Positions 19,474 through 29,564 of a stretch of 64,000 nucleotides of DNA are shown here, in pieces. The stretch comes from Anaerolineaceae bacterium (GTDB lineage Bacteria; Chloroflexota; Anaerolineae; Anaerolineales; Anaerolineaceae): assembly GCA_034437335.1 (NCBI GenBank), contig DAOTUG010000002.1:27227-91226 (forward strand), given 5' to 3'. The translations under genes and the position numbers were made by a program. Position 1 is the first letter of the stretch; each line of letters starts with the position of its first letter. The notes beneath the pieces were generated by a model. It saw only the letters and a program-made list of their open reading frames with translations. It ran no database searches and was not told the DNA's origin.

Positions 19474-22400
19474 ATGTCCCTGACCCCTGAATGGCGGCAC
19501 CGGATTGCGTGCTGGCGCGAGGAACTCACCAATCATTTCTATCACCAGCTTGATCGCATTCCACTTGCGATGGTGGCCACCAGAAAGCAGTTACGTCCGA
19601 CTGATGCCCGGGAACTTCCCTTTGCGCCGGTATCCCCCGGAACTGCGTGGGGGGCCAAGTGGGAATACGGCTGGTTCCGGGGAGACTTGTGCCTGCCGCC
19701 GGAGGCGGAGGGTGAGCGGATCTCCCTCCGATTGGATGTCGGCGCGGAAGCTGCGGTGATGCTCAATGGAACCTATGCCGGCGCAGTGGATGAACACCAT
19801 CAGGATATTCTCATCACCGATTTGGGCAAGCCGGGAGCGACCTTCTCAGTTCTTTTGGAGGCCTATGCTGGCCACGGACCCCGGGTGGCGATGGTGGGAC
19901 CAACGCCGCCGGATCGGGAAACCGTTCCGGAACCTGGGCCCACTCAGTGCACTGTCGGCGAAAGCCATTTTGGGATCTGGCAGGAAGCCGCCTACCAGTT
20001 GTGGGCTGATGTGGAAACCCTCTGGGACCTGCGAGAGAATCTCGATCCTGACTCCCTGCGAGTGATGGAGATTGACCGCGGGCTGCGGGATTTCACCCTC
20101 ATTGCCGATTTTGAGCAGCCCCGGGCTGTGATGCTGGAGACCTTCCAGAAGGCCCGGGACAGGCTGAGACCTCTCCTTGAAAAACACAATGGCGATACCA
20201 CCCCGGAGATGTATGGCTTTGGACATTCCCACATTGATGTGGCCTGGCTTTGGCCGCTGGCTGAAACGGAGCGCAAATGCGTTCGCACTTTCAGCACCCA
20301 GCTTCGGTTGATGGAACGCTATCCGGAGTATGTCTTCATGCAGAGCCAGCCCCATCTATATCGGATGGTGGAGGAGAAATACCCGGCTTTGTTTGAACGG
20401 ATTGTGGAAGCGGTGGAGCAGGGGCAGTGGATTCCCGAAGGCGCGGCCTGGGTAGAGCCGGATACCAATGTGACCAGCGGCGAGAGTCTCATCCGACAGC
20501 TCATCCATGGCAAACGCTATTTCCAGGACACTTTTGGTGTGGACTGCAAACTGCTGTGGCTGCCGGATGTGTTTGGATATTCCGGCGCGCTGCCCCAGAT
20601 CATGCTTGGCTGCGGTATTGACTATTTTTCGACTCAGAAAATTTTTTGGGCCTATCACGGCGGCGAGACTTTCCCCTATAATACCTTCATCTGGGAGGGC
20701 ATTGATGGGTCTCAGGTGAAGGCCCATTTCCATAACGATTACAACAGCCAGACCCGCCCTTCCCTGGTCATCCAACGCTGGCGGGATCGCGTCCAGAAGG
20801 ATGGGTTTTCCAGCCGGCTGTTTCCCTTTGGCTGGGGGGATGGCGGTGGCGGTCCCACCCGGAATCATCTGGAGTTCGCCCGACGTCAGGAGGATCTCGA
20901 GGGTTCCCCCAAATTCAGGATCACCCATCCCCTGGATTTTTTCAGAGATCAGGTGGCTGAGGGTTGGCCGTCGGAGCGCTATGTGGGGGAGCTCTATTTC
21001 CAGAGTCATCGGGGAACTTATACCTCCCAGGCGCGCACGAAAGCCCTTAACCGACGGGCCGAATTTGCCCTGCAGGGGGCTGAACTGTGGGGTGCAGCAG
21101 CCATTGCCTTGCGGGGATTTGATTTTCCCTATGCAGTTTGGGATCAGGCCTGGAAGGATGTTCTGGTGAATCAATTTCATGACATCCTACCAGGTTCTTC
21201 TATTCATCGGGTGTATGAAGAAGCCGAGGCTCTCCTGGAAGACGTCCTGGACAGGGCGGAAAAAATGCAGCAGGCGGCTCAGAAGACCCTGCTGGAGGAC
21301 CAAACTGAGGGGGTGACGGTTTTCAATCCCCTCTCCTGGACGCGGCGGGAGTTGGTGGCCTTGCCGGAAGGGTTTGAAGGCGCTCAGGATGCGAAGGGCC
21401 GTTCCCTGCCCGTCCAGATCCTGGAGGGAAAAACCTATGTCGAAGTGGAAATGCCCGCCTGCGGCTGGGCCAGCTTCTCTGAAGCCCCGCCGGAGGATGC
21501 ACCGAACACCCTGAAGGCGGAAGCGCAACTTCTGGAAAACGACCTGCTGCGGGTGGAATTTAACCCCTATGGTGAGATTTCCCGCATCTATGATAAAACC
21601 TGTGGGCGAGAGCTGGCAGCGGCTGTGTGCAATTCCATGCGGATGTATCAGGATATCCCCAGCGCCTTTGATGCCTGGGATATTGACAGCATGTACCATC
21701 TCTCACCGGTCAAGCTGCCAGAAAAAGCGACCTTTGACGTGCTGGCGGAAGGGCCGTTGTTTGCCCGGTTGCGGGTGCGGCGGGTGCTCAACCAGTCCCA
21801 TATGACCCAGACCATCACCCTCCGGCGCGGCGCACGGCGGATGGATTTTGAGACAGTCATTGATTGGCAGGAGCGGCACAAGTTGCTCAAGGTGAATTTT
21901 CCGGTGAATTACCAGGCCCATGAGGCCCTGCATGAGATCCAGTTCGGATACCTTCCGCGACCCACCCACACCTCCCGGCAGATTGACAAAGACCGCTTTG
22001 AGGTGGCCTGTCAGAAGTGGAGTGCGCTGGTTGAGAGCAATCGGGGCTTTGCCTTGCTGAATGATTCGAAATATGGAGTGGATGTTTCCGGCAACAGCAT
22101 CAACCTGACGCTGTTAAAATCCGCCCTGGGCCCGGACATGACCGCCGACCGGGGTCGTCAGGCGTTTACTTATGCCTTTTATTGTTGGGAAGAGCCCTTT
22201 TTGGAAAGCGGTTTGGTGCGGGAAGGTTTCAATCTGAACGTTCCGCCCCGACTCCGGCGCGGCAGGGCAAAGGAGCGTTCTCTGTTCTGGCTGGATTCCC
22301 CCAACATACTCCTCGATACGGTCAAACCGGCGGAGGACGGCTCCGGGGATCTGGTGTTACGCCTCTATGAATCCATGCGGTCCAATACCCGGGTTCGGCT

Positions 22401-22542
22401 GGGAACTTCGCTGCCTGTGGTGGCTGTTCATCGGAGCGATATGCTGGAAAATATCGTTGGCGACCTGACCCTGGAGGACGATGCCGTATCCCTTGAATTT
22501 CGTCCCTTTGAGATCAAAACCCTGCGCCTAGTGATGAAATAA
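19474..22542 (+). CDS. alpha-mannosidase, glycoside hydrolase family 38
   Basis: 1022 aa with the GH38 signatures GFGHSHIDVAWLWP and WLPDVFGYS. No signal peptide. Confidence 0.9.
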   Translation: MSLTPEWRHRIACWREELTNHFYHQLDRIPLAMVATRKQLRPTDARELPFAPVSPGTAWGAKWEYGWFRGDLCLPPEAEGERISLRLDVGAEAAVMLNGTYAGAVDEHHQDILITDLGKPGATFSVLLEAYAGHGPRVAMVGPTPPDRETVPEPGPTQCTVGESHFGIWQEAAYQLWADVETLWDLRENLDPDSLRVMEIDRGLRDFTLIADFEQPRAVMLETFQKARDRLRPLLEKHNGDTTPEMYGFGHSHIDVAWLWPLAETERKCVRTFSTQLRLMERYPEYVFMQSQPHLYRMVEEKYPALFERIVEAVEQGQWIPEGAAWVEPDTNVTSGESLIRQLIHGKRYFQDTFGVDCKLLWLPDVFGYSGALPQIMLGCGIDYFSTQKIFWAYHGGETFPYNTFIWEGIDGSQVKAHFHNDYNSQTRPSLVIQRWRDRVQKDGFSSRLFPFGWGDGGGGPTRNHLEFARRQEDLEGSPKFRITHPLDFFRDQVAEGWPSERYVGELYFQSHRGTYTSQARTKALNRRAEFALQGAELWGAAAIALRGFDFPYAVWDQAWKDVLVNQFHDILPGSSIHRVYEEAEALLEDVLDRAEKMQQAAQKTLLEDQTEGVTVFNPLSWTRRELVALPEGFEGAQDAKGRSLPVQILEGKTYVEVEMPACGWASFSEAPPEDAPNTLKAEAQLLENDLLRVEFNPYGEISRIYDKTCGRELAAAVCNSMRMYQDIPSAFDAWDIDSMYHLSPVKLPEKATFDVLAEGPLFARLRVRRVLNQSHMTQTITLRRGARRMDFETVIDWQERHKLLKVNFPVNYQAHEALHEIQFGYLPRPTHTSRQIDKDRFEVACQKWSALVESNRGFALLNDSKYGVDVSGNSINLTLLKSALGPDMTADRGRQAFTYAFYCWEEPFLESGLVREGFNLNVPPRLRRGRAKERSLFWLDSPNILLDTVKPAEDGSGDLVLRLYESMRSNTRVRLGTSLPVVAVHRSDMLENIVGDLTLEDDAVSLEFRPFEIKTLRLVMK

Positions 22543-22570
22543 CCTTCGGGAGGAGACAGTCACATCTCAA

Positions 22571-22594
22571 AAAGCCGCCTGAAGGGGCGGCTTT
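22571..22594. terminator. bidirectional terminator hairpin
   Basis: AAAGCCGCC-tgaagg-GGCGGCTTT with extra A's to the left. Lies between convergent genes ending at 22542 (+) and 22629 (-). Confidence 0.55.
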
Positions 22595-22628
22595 GCGATT
22601 AATCCAAGCAAGAGAAACAAATTTTCTT

Positions 22629-23561
22629 TTATTGGGAGCGCTCCGGCCAGTAGGGGCCCGCCGTCAACTGTGCCCGGAACCAATCCAGCAGTGCATCGCT
22701 GGCGATGATCAGGGATTTCCAATTCGCGTTGTTGAAGAAGTCATGAAATCGTCCGGTGATGATCGCATCCAGGGAGGCCGGGCGTTTCTCTTCTGGATAA
22801 TCAAAGAAATTGTCCACAGAGAACAGGTAATTTTCCGGCAGGATGTACCGTTCCTCGGGCGGGGTGGTTTGGACCACGGCTGCGGTCAGGGCGGCCTGGT
22901 GCATGAAAACCGCAAATTGCTGGTTTTTCCTGTAATGGGCAACGAATTTGGGCAGCATGAAGGATTCGGTCAGGTTTTCTGCCCACCTGCTTAGAAGGCC
23001 GTTTTCAGGCCGGACAACCAGCAGGCCGGCATTGACGTACAGATGGATGGGAATTTCGTCAATGACCGTGGTAATCTCGGTCAGGGCATCTTTGGGCACA
23101 TCAAACTGGGTGCAGATGTCCCTCCAGAAAGGGGTCAGAGGCGCATTGGCCGGGACTCCGATGTTGATGATATCGGTGGGACGGAATCCCAGGGCCGTAC
23201 CCTGCGGCAGTTGGAAGGCCTCCGGCGTGTTGCGGATCAGCCCGGTGCGATCATGCCATGCCAGGGTCAGACCGATCTTGCGCGCTTCCGATTCAATGGC
23301 TGCGGCTGCCACTGCCTTGGCTCCAAAGGGAAATCTGCGCAGTTTTTCACTGATTTCAAAGGGGATGAATCGGACCCCCAGGGTTTCCAGTGTGTCAACG
23401 GCCTCGCTTTCCAGGGAATACCCATGGGGCGCGGCAATCCAGACCGGTATGTCCGCCATTTTCCCGCCAAATTTCCGCAGACTGTTGACCAGAATCAGGG
23501 TCTGGACTTCAAATCCCCTGGCGGCAAAGGTGCCCAGGATTGGTTGTTGTTCTTCAGTCAT
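22629..23561 (-). CDS. hypothetical protein, possibly GT-A/GT8-like fold
   Basis: 310 aa. YVNAGLLVVRPENGLLSRW resembles the GT8 YFNAGVLLI...W segment, but no clear DxD motif is seen. Confidence 0.35.
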   Translation of the reverse strand: MTEEQQPILGTFAARGFEVQTLILVNSLRKFGGKMADIPVWIAAPHGYSLESEAVDTLETLGVRFIPFEISEKLRRFPFGAKAVAAAAIESEARKIGLTLAWHDRTGLIRNTPEAFQLPQGTALGFRPTDIINIGVPANAPLTPFWRDICTQFDVPKDALTEITTVIDEIPIHLYVNAGLLVVRPENGLLSRWAENLTESFMLPKFVAHYRKNQQFAVFMHQAALTAAVVQTTPPEERYILPENYLFSVDNFFDYPEEKRPASLDAIITGRFHDFFNNANWKSLIIASDALLDWFRAQLTAGPYWPERSQ

Positions 23562-23670
23562 GGGAGGCTCTCTTTGTCAATTGGGGGTGCGACCCATCCA
23601 GTATAACCCGGATGGGTCGCATCTGCGGCATACCAGGAGAGTATTTTTCCCAGGGTCCGCTCATTTGCGG

Positions 23671-24912
23671 TTACTCATAATCCGGGGCATCATCCAGAAG
23701 GCGGCGCTCGCCATTAAGAGAGCGGATGTGGGTCACATCCTGGGTCACTTCGATGCAGCCCTGATAGGCTCCTTTTTCATCCCGAAGGGCATAGTAACGG
23801 ATGTGAATAAACTTGCCGCCCATCTGGATCCAGAATTCCGCCAGATCGCGTTTTCCGCTGCGGAAATCATTCAGGATGATCTGGACGCGGTGCACGCTTT
23901 GGGGCGGGTGGCACTTGGTGACCGCCCGGCCGATGATGGCAGGGGAGCGATCGAAGATCCGGTCACGGCCCCGGGTGAAATAGCGGACTTCATCGTTTTC
24001 ATCCACATAGGTGATGTCCACGGGAAGGTGGGTCAGCATCAGGTCAATCTGTTTGAGAGTCAGGCTTCCCGTGGAAAGGGGGATCAAGCCTTCACTGTTC
24101 ATGGTTTTTTTCTCCTTTTCTTTCTTATCCGTTTTGGGTTGCGCCTGATCGCTGTCAGGCTGCCAGGTGTTTCTGGGAGTCACATTGAAATAGCCAATCT
24201 CTGCCTCCTGTTCCCGAATTTCCCCCCAGTCCGCTTCTGAAAGTCGGTCCAGAGCTTCCGGAAAGAGGATTTTCTCTTCTTTGTAGATCATCTCCTGGAT
24301 TTGATGGGCCATGTCCTTGAATTGGTCCAATGTGACCTGTGGATCGGGTTTAGGCTTTTTGAGGGTTGTTGTGAAGTCCTTGATTTTTTCCCGGATTTCA
24401 TTGTCTACCCCCCACATAACGGTGGCGGGGCCTTCCAGGCCTTTCTTTTCAAGATAGGGGAAGAGCAGGTTTTCTTTTCGCGAGTAATGTTTTTTGATGG
24501 CGGTCAGGTTGTCTGCCTGCTGGCGCAGGGCGTCCAGTCTTTCCTGCTCACCAGTTCTCATCCATTCAGCCAGTGTGTTCGCCATGGCCTCCAGCAGTCG
24601 GAGCGTGACCTCGTTTTCCATTCGAAAGGTGAAGACGGGATGTCCTGGAAGGGATTCGGGCTCCGGTTCTTCATCCAATGAATCTCGGAAAACGGCCACA
24701 TGCAGGTCACACAGGTGTTGAATTTCTGCAACCGAAACCCCTTCACTGATCAGGGCGCGTTCCGCCTCAGCGATTTCCCCTGCGGTGGCCCCCCGGATGG
24801 CCTCACCAAATTGATCCTTCAACGCCTTCACGCTTTCACCAGCGTGGAGGCGTTTAATAACTGCTTTCAGGGCTTCTTTTCGTTTGCTGCTATTGTTGAT
24901 CGCTTCGCTCAT
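23671..24912 (-). CDS. DUF438 / hemerythrin-like / PAS domain protein
   Basis: 413 aa. N-terminal DUF438-like LKAVIKRLHAGESVKALKDQFGEAIRGATAGEIAEAERALISEGVSVAEIQHLCDLH, and C-terminal PAS-like LPVDITYVDENDEVRYF. GGAGG Shine-Dalgarno upstream. Confidence 0.7.
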   Translation of the reverse strand: MSEAINNSSKRKEALKAVIKRLHAGESVKALKDQFGEAIRGATAGEIAEAERALISEGVSVAEIQHLCDLHVAVFRDSLDEEPEPESLPGHPVFTFRMENEVTLRLLEAMANTLAEWMRTGEQERLDALRQQADNLTAIKKHYSRKENLLFPYLEKKGLEGPATVMWGVDNEIREKIKDFTTTLKKPKPDPQVTLDQFKDMAHQIQEMIYKEEKILFPEALDRLSEADWGEIREQEAEIGYFNVTPRNTWQPDSDQAQPKTDKKEKEKKTMNSEGLIPLSTGSLTLKQIDLMLTHLPVDITYVDENDEVRYFTRGRDRIFDRSPAIIGRAVTKCHPPQSVHRVQIILNDFRSGKRDLAEFWIQMGGKFIHIRYYALRDEKGAYQGCIEVTQDVTHIRSLNGERRLLDDAPDYE

Positions 24913-24952
24913 GGATACCTCCAGTGATGTTGGTTTGTCTGTGGGATTGGAT

Positions 24953-25171
24953 TCACCCGTTGGTTTCCCACATCACCCGGTATGGCGCCCGGATGGCGCC
25001 AGTTGGGCACAGGCTTTCACACGCTGTGCAGTAGGTGCAGAGGACAGGTTGGACAAAGGCTGGCCCTTCGGATGTCATCAACAGGGCCGTTTCGGGGCAG
25101 CCTTTCACGCAGTTCCCACAGCGGATACAGAGTGCCTGGTTGATGTAGGGTATGGGGTTTTTGGGTGTCAT
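24953..25171 (-). CDS. 4Fe-4S dicluster ferredoxin
   Basis: 72 aa with two CxxCxxCxxxCP motifs: CIRCGNCVKGCP and CTYCTACESLCP. Confidence 0.85.
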   Translation of the reverse strand: MTPKNPIPYINQALCIRCGNCVKGCPETALLMTSEGPAFVQPVLCTYCTACESLCPTGAIRAPYRVMWETNG

Positions 25172-25273
25172 GATGGATGTTCCTTTTCTTTTTCTGCCTT
25201 ATCCTACCAAACCTGATCTGATGGCGATACGACTTAAGTCACAATGCTGCTTGTCCTCCGGAAAAACAGGCTG

Positions 25274-25948
25274 TCAATTCGACAGCATTTCGGCCTCGCG
25301 CAGCAGATTTTGACGATTGAGAAGGAGGATCTGGTCCCCCTTGCGGTGGATCAAGCCCTCGGTTTCCATATCCCGAAGGATGCGCCCCACTACATCCCGC
25401 ACTGTGCCGATTTGGGCGGCGATCTCATCCTGGGTCCATCCCCCGGCGGTTTGGGGTTTTTCTGCCAGGGCGATCAGAAACCGGGCCAAACGGGTGCGCA
25501 CAGATAGCAGTGACAGTTCAGAAGCCAGGTCTGTCATCCTGGCCAGTCTTTCGGCGAAGGCCTCCAGGAGAACCCTGCTGAAATCACGACAGGTTTTCAA
25601 CAGATGGAAGAAATCCGGGGAAGTGAGCGCCAGGGCGGAGACATCTGTGAGGGCCTCAATCGTGGCGTGATTCGTCCGGGTCTTTTTCAGAAGTGAGATG
25701 ATATTGACCGGCTGCCCATCCTCAAGCCGCGTCAGAACCTGAACGCGTCCCTTCAGGCTGGTCCGGAAGACTCGCACAACACCGCGAACAAGAAAAAAAC
25801 AGACCTCTGCGGGAAAGCCTTCATGCACAAGGCACTGATCTGCTTTGAAGGTCCTCGGGATGGATCGCTTCTGGATGGCGTCCAGGGTTGTTTTTGAAAG
25901 CTCCTTCAGCAGCGACAGTTGGCCGGGTTGGGGGGCTGTGTGGGGCAT
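25274..25948 (-). CDS. Crp/Fnr family transcriptional regulator
   Basis: 224 aa with a cNMP-binding-like N-terminus and the C-terminal HTH TQDEIAAQIGTVRDVVGRILRDME. No N-terminal FNR-type Cys cluster. Confidence 0.85.
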   Translation of the reverse strand: MPHTAPQPGQLSLLKELSKTTLDAIQKRSIPRTFKADQCLVHEGFPAEVCFFLVRGVVRVFRTSLKGRVQVLTRLEDGQPVNIISLLKKTRTNHATIEALTDVSALALTSPDFFHLLKTCRDFSRVLLEAFAERLARMTDLASELSLLSVRTRLARFLIALAEKPQTAGGWTQDEIAAQIGTVRDVVGRILRDMETEGLIHRKGDQILLLNRQNLLREAEMLSN

Positions 25949-26047
25949 GTGTCCTCGTTGTGATCAGAGTATAGTGTGATTTAATTCTACCCATTTCGGA
26001 AGCGATTATAATGATTTCAGAAATCCACCAAGAGATCAGAGGAACCA

Positions 26048-28534
26048 ATGCCTGATGCATCCAAACAGAAACAGATAACTGCGCTTATCCGAAAGATGAC
26101 CCTCTCCGAAAAGGTTTCGCTCCTTTCCGGCAGGAACGCCTGGTACACCATGCCAATTGAGCGGCTGGGAATTCCCTCCATCGTCATGACCGATGGCCCC
26201 CACGGGGTTCGCACGGGAGGTCCTGGTCAGGACCGAATCGTCAGCACCGCCACGGCCTATCCCACCGGCGTTTCCATGGCATCCACCTGGGATCCTGATC
26301 TGATCGAACGGATAGGGGTGGCCCTGGCGGAGGAGACCCGGCACCTGGGCTGCCATATCCTTCTGGGCCCCTGTGTCAACATCGTCCGCTCTCCCTTGGG
26401 GGGCCGCAATTTTGAAACCTATTCAGAAGATCCCTACCTGACCGGGCGGATTGGCGCGGCATATGTGCGCGGTTTACAGAGTCAGCAGATCGGCGCATCG
26501 GTCAAGCATTTTGTCGCCAACAACCAGGAATTTGAGCGTTCCCGGGGCAACTCCGTGGTGGATGAGCGGACCCTGCGGGAAATTTACCTGCCGGCGTTTG
26601 AAACCGTGGTGAAGGAAGCCGATCCGTGGACGGTGATGTGCGCTTACAATCGGATCAACGGCACCTATGCCAGCGAGCATAACCGGCTGTTGCGCAAGGT
26701 GCTCAAGGAGGAATGGGGTTTTGAGGGGCTGGTGGTTTCGGATTGGGGCGCGGTTCATGATATCTTTGCTCCGGTGGCGGGGGGATTGGATCTTGAGATG
26801 CCCGGCCCAGCCCGATATTTTGGCCAGGCTCTGGAAGCAGCGGTCAATAACTGGCAGATTGAAGAATCCCTGGTGGACGAGGCCGCCGGACGGATCCTGG
26901 AGGTGCTTTTCCGGTCCGGGGTGATGACCGGGACGGACCTGCCCGAGGGCAGCGGCGACTCGCCGGAACATCGGGCCCTGGCGCGAGAACTGGCGGTGGA
27001 ATCCATGGTCCTGCTCAAGAATGACCCGGAGCGTCTGCCTTTCAACCCTGCGAAGATCAACCGTCTGGCGGTGATTGGCCTCAATGCCGCCCGAGTGATT
27101 TCTGGTGGGGGCAGCTCCCGGGTGGACCCGGTGCATTGGGTCACCCCCCTGGAGGGGCTGCAGGCCCGGTTGAGGGATGATGCCGAGGTGGATTATGAAA
27201 CGGGCTATGACAATCGCGTCCTCCCGGAGGTGGTGCCTCCGAAATGCTTCCGGACGTCGGATGGCGGCCGGGGACTGCAGGCCGCCTATTTCAATAACCT
27301 TGATCTGGAGGGCGATCCGATTCTGATCCGGTCGGAGGAAAACCTGGGGATGTGGTGGGGTGGATCCAGCCCGGAAACTGGGGTTGTGGATGAGAAATGC
27401 TTCAGCGGGCGATGGTCCGGCACGTTTGTGGCCCCGGAAAGCGGAGAAACGACCTTTACCCTGTTGAACACCGGGTTGGGCCGGGTCTGGCTGGATGATG
27501 ATCTGATCATCGAAAATGATATCGGCACCATCACATCCGCCGCTGTGGATTTTGAATCCATGGCCGCCAAAACGACCCTGACCCTGGAAAAGGGCCGGGC
27601 GTATGCTTTCCGGGCGGAGTTTTCCAGCGGGGAAAACAGTCAATATGCTCTGATGCGGTTGTTATTCATGGCTCCCCTGGGGGTTTCCGGGAATTTGGTG
27701 GAAAGGGCTGTGAAGCTGGCCGGAGAATCCGACGCGGTGGTGCTGGTGGCCGGACTGCCGGATGAATTTGAGAGCGAGGGCATGGATCGGCCGGATATGG
27801 ACCTGCCCGGCGGACAGGAGGCCCTCATCCGGGCGGTGGCGGCCGCTAACCCCAACACGGTGGTGGTGGTCAACGCCGGCGCGCCGGTCGCCATGCCCTG
27901 GGTGGATGCTGTGGATGCCATTCTCTTGGCGCATTACCCCGGACAGGAGGGCGGCCACGCCCTGGCCGACCTGATCTTTGGGGATGCCAACCCTTCCGGC
28001 AAGCTGACGGTGACGTATCCGGAGAAGCTTGAGGACAACCCGGCGTTCATCCATTATCCGGGGTGGAAGGATGTCCATTACGGCGAGGGCCTGTTTGTGG
28101 GGTACCGGTACTATGACGCAAAAGGAGTTCCGCCCGCGTTCCCCTTCGGCCACGGTCTGAGTTACACGCAGTTTGCCTACAGCGACTTGCATGCGCCAGA
28201 GACCGTCCGGATGGGCGAGGTCTTCCAGGTGTCCCTGTGGCTGAAAAACACCGGCGATAGACCCGGAAAAGAAGTTGTTCAACTGTACCTCGCGGATCAG
28301 GAAGCCACCCTGATCCGTCCGCCCAAGGAGCTGAAGGGCTTTGCCAAGGTGGCGTTGAAGCCCGGGGAGCGTCGGAAGGTGATCTTCACCGTGGAACCCC
28401 GCGCCCTGTCGTTTTATGATCCGCACCAGGGCGTCTGGGTGGCAGAACCGGGAGACTTCACCCTGCTGGTGGGGGCCAGCTCCCGGGATATTCGTCTGAC
28501 AAGGGAGTTTTCCTTGCTGGATGCGGCGGACTGA
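26048..28534 (+). CDS. beta-glucosidase, glycoside hydrolase family 3 with PA14 insert
   Basis: 828 aa with GRNFETYSEDPYL and VVSDWGA (nucleophile region). PA14-like insert around GLQAAYFNNLDLEGDP, then a C-terminal Fn3-like domain. Confidence 0.9.
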   Translation: MPDASKQKQITALIRKMTLSEKVSLLSGRNAWYTMPIERLGIPSIVMTDGPHGVRTGGPGQDRIVSTATAYPTGVSMASTWDPDLIERIGVALAEETRHLGCHILLGPCVNIVRSPLGGRNFETYSEDPYLTGRIGAAYVRGLQSQQIGASVKHFVANNQEFERSRGNSVVDERTLREIYLPAFETVVKEADPWTVMCAYNRINGTYASEHNRLLRKVLKEEWGFEGLVVSDWGAVHDIFAPVAGGLDLEMPGPARYFGQALEAAVNNWQIEESLVDEAAGRILEVLFRSGVMTGTDLPEGSGDSPEHRALARELAVESMVLLKNDPERLPFNPAKINRLAVIGLNAARVISGGGSSRVDPVHWVTPLEGLQARLRDDAEVDYETGYDNRVLPEVVPPKCFRTSDGGRGLQAAYFNNLDLEGDPILIRSEENLGMWWGGSSPETGVVDEKCFSGRWSGTFVAPESGETTFTLLNTGLGRVWLDDDLIIENDIGTITSAAVDFESMAAKTTLTLEKGRAYAFRAEFSSGENSQYALMRLLFMAPLGVSGNLVERAVKLAGESDAVVLVAGLPDEFESEGMDRPDMDLPGGQEALIRAVAAANPNTVVVVNAGAPVAMPWVDAVDAILLAHYPGQEGGHALADLIFGDANPSGKLTVTYPEKLEDNPAFIHYPGWKDVHYGEGLFVGYRYYDAKGVPPAFPFGHGLSYTQFAYSDLHAPETVRMGEVFQVSLWLKNTGDRPGKEVVQLYLADQEATLIRPPKELKGFAKVALKPGERRKVIFTVEPRALSFYDPHQGVWVAEPGDFTLLVGASSRDIRLTREFSLLDAAD

Positions 28535-28640
28535 GGCTGGAATTTTACTGCAGCGTTCCAAATAACGGCGTTGCCAGCCCGGTTCTGTGGAAATTATGGT
28601 CCCCTGACCGGGCTGGTGTTTCACTTGAGAGGAGGGAACA

Positions 28641-29564
28641 ATGGTTGAATATCCCCTGACCCTGCCGACCGGAACCCAGGTCGTGGTCCGGAGAAAGAAA
28701 ACCTGCACGGACGGCAGCTCCGCGCCGACGGACATGGTGGGGATTGTGTCGGCGGTGGAGATGGGTAAGCCTGTGCGCTATCACGTCCGGCTGTCGGACG
28801 GCCGCCAGCTCAAGGCCCTTCGGCAGGAGTTGTCCATTCGCACCCACTTCCAGGCGGCAAATCAGAAACAGTTTCATGCTGGTTTTCTGCAGGGATTTGA
28901 TTTGTCTCAGCACATCATCTACCGGTGTGTGGTGGGTTCCCGAGCTTATGGCCTGGCCCAATCCGATTCTGACACGGATAGGCGGGGGATCTATCTGGCC
29001 CCCCTAGATCTGGTTTTGTCTCTGGGGAAGCCGCCCGAGCAGCTAGAAAATCCTGAAGCTGATTTTTGTTACTGGGAGTTGGAAAAATTCTTGAATTTGG
29101 CCCTGAAGGCCAACCCGAATATTTTGGAATGCCTGTACACACCGCTGGTGGAGTTCAAGACCGACCTTGCCGAAACGCTTCTTGCTCGCCGGGAGATGTT
29201 CCTCAGCAAGTTAGTCTATCAGACATACAATGGGTATGTCATTTCTCAGTTTAAGAAGCTCGAGGCTGATTTACGCAATCGGGGCGGGATCCGCTGGAAG
29301 CATGCCATGCATCTGATCCGTCTTTTGATCAGCGGGAGGATGGTTCTGGAAGCGGGTTTCGTGCCCCTGCGCCTGGATGCCCATCGGGAGCAGTTGCGCG
29401 CCATTCACGCAGGGGAGTGGAGCTGGGAGGATGTCAATGCCTGGCGACTGGACCTGCACAGCGAGATGGAAAGGGCCTACGAAAATACCCGGCTGCCGAA
29501 CCACCCGGATTACGCGGCAGCAAATGGTTTTCTGATTGATGCCAGAAGGATGGTGCTGGAATGA
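28641..29564 (+). CDS. predicted nucleotidyltransferase, PF10127 (RlaP/YcgL-like), with ~70-aa N-terminal extension
   Basis: 307 aa with the Pol-beta NTase motif GSRAYGLAQSDSDTDRRGIY. GGAGGG Shine-Dalgarno upstream. Confidence 0.65.
   Translation: MVEYPLTLPTGTQVVVRRKKTCTDGSSAPTDMVGIVSAVEMGKPVRYHVRLSDGRQLKALRQELSIRTHFQAANQKQFHAGFLQGFDLSQHIIYRCVVGSRAYGLAQSDSDTDRRGIYLAPLDLVLSLGKPPEQLENPEADFCYWELEKFLNLALKANPNILECLYTPLVEFKTDLAETLLARREMFLSKLVYQTYNGYVISQFKKLEADLRNRGGIRWKHAMHLIRLLISGRMVLEAGFVPLRLDAHREQLRAIHAGEWSWEDVNAWRLDLHSEMERAYENTRLPNHPDYAAANGFLIDARRMVLE

Noticed and set aside
22948-24240. 430-aa plus-strand ORF
   Set aside because: It spans two separate minus-strand genes (22629-23561 and 23671-24912) and the gap between them, so it is an antisense artefact.
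25959-25980. Two TGTGAT hexamers 16 nt apart between crp and the GH3 gene, as a possible CRP site
   Set aside because: They are direct rather than inverted repeats, and there is no TCACA partner. This is not enough to call a CRP/FNR box.
26474-28735. Two long minus-strand ORFs (389 aa and 357 aa) antisense to the GH3 gene
   Set aside because: Arg/Pro/Gly/His-rich translations. The GH3 frame is unambiguous.
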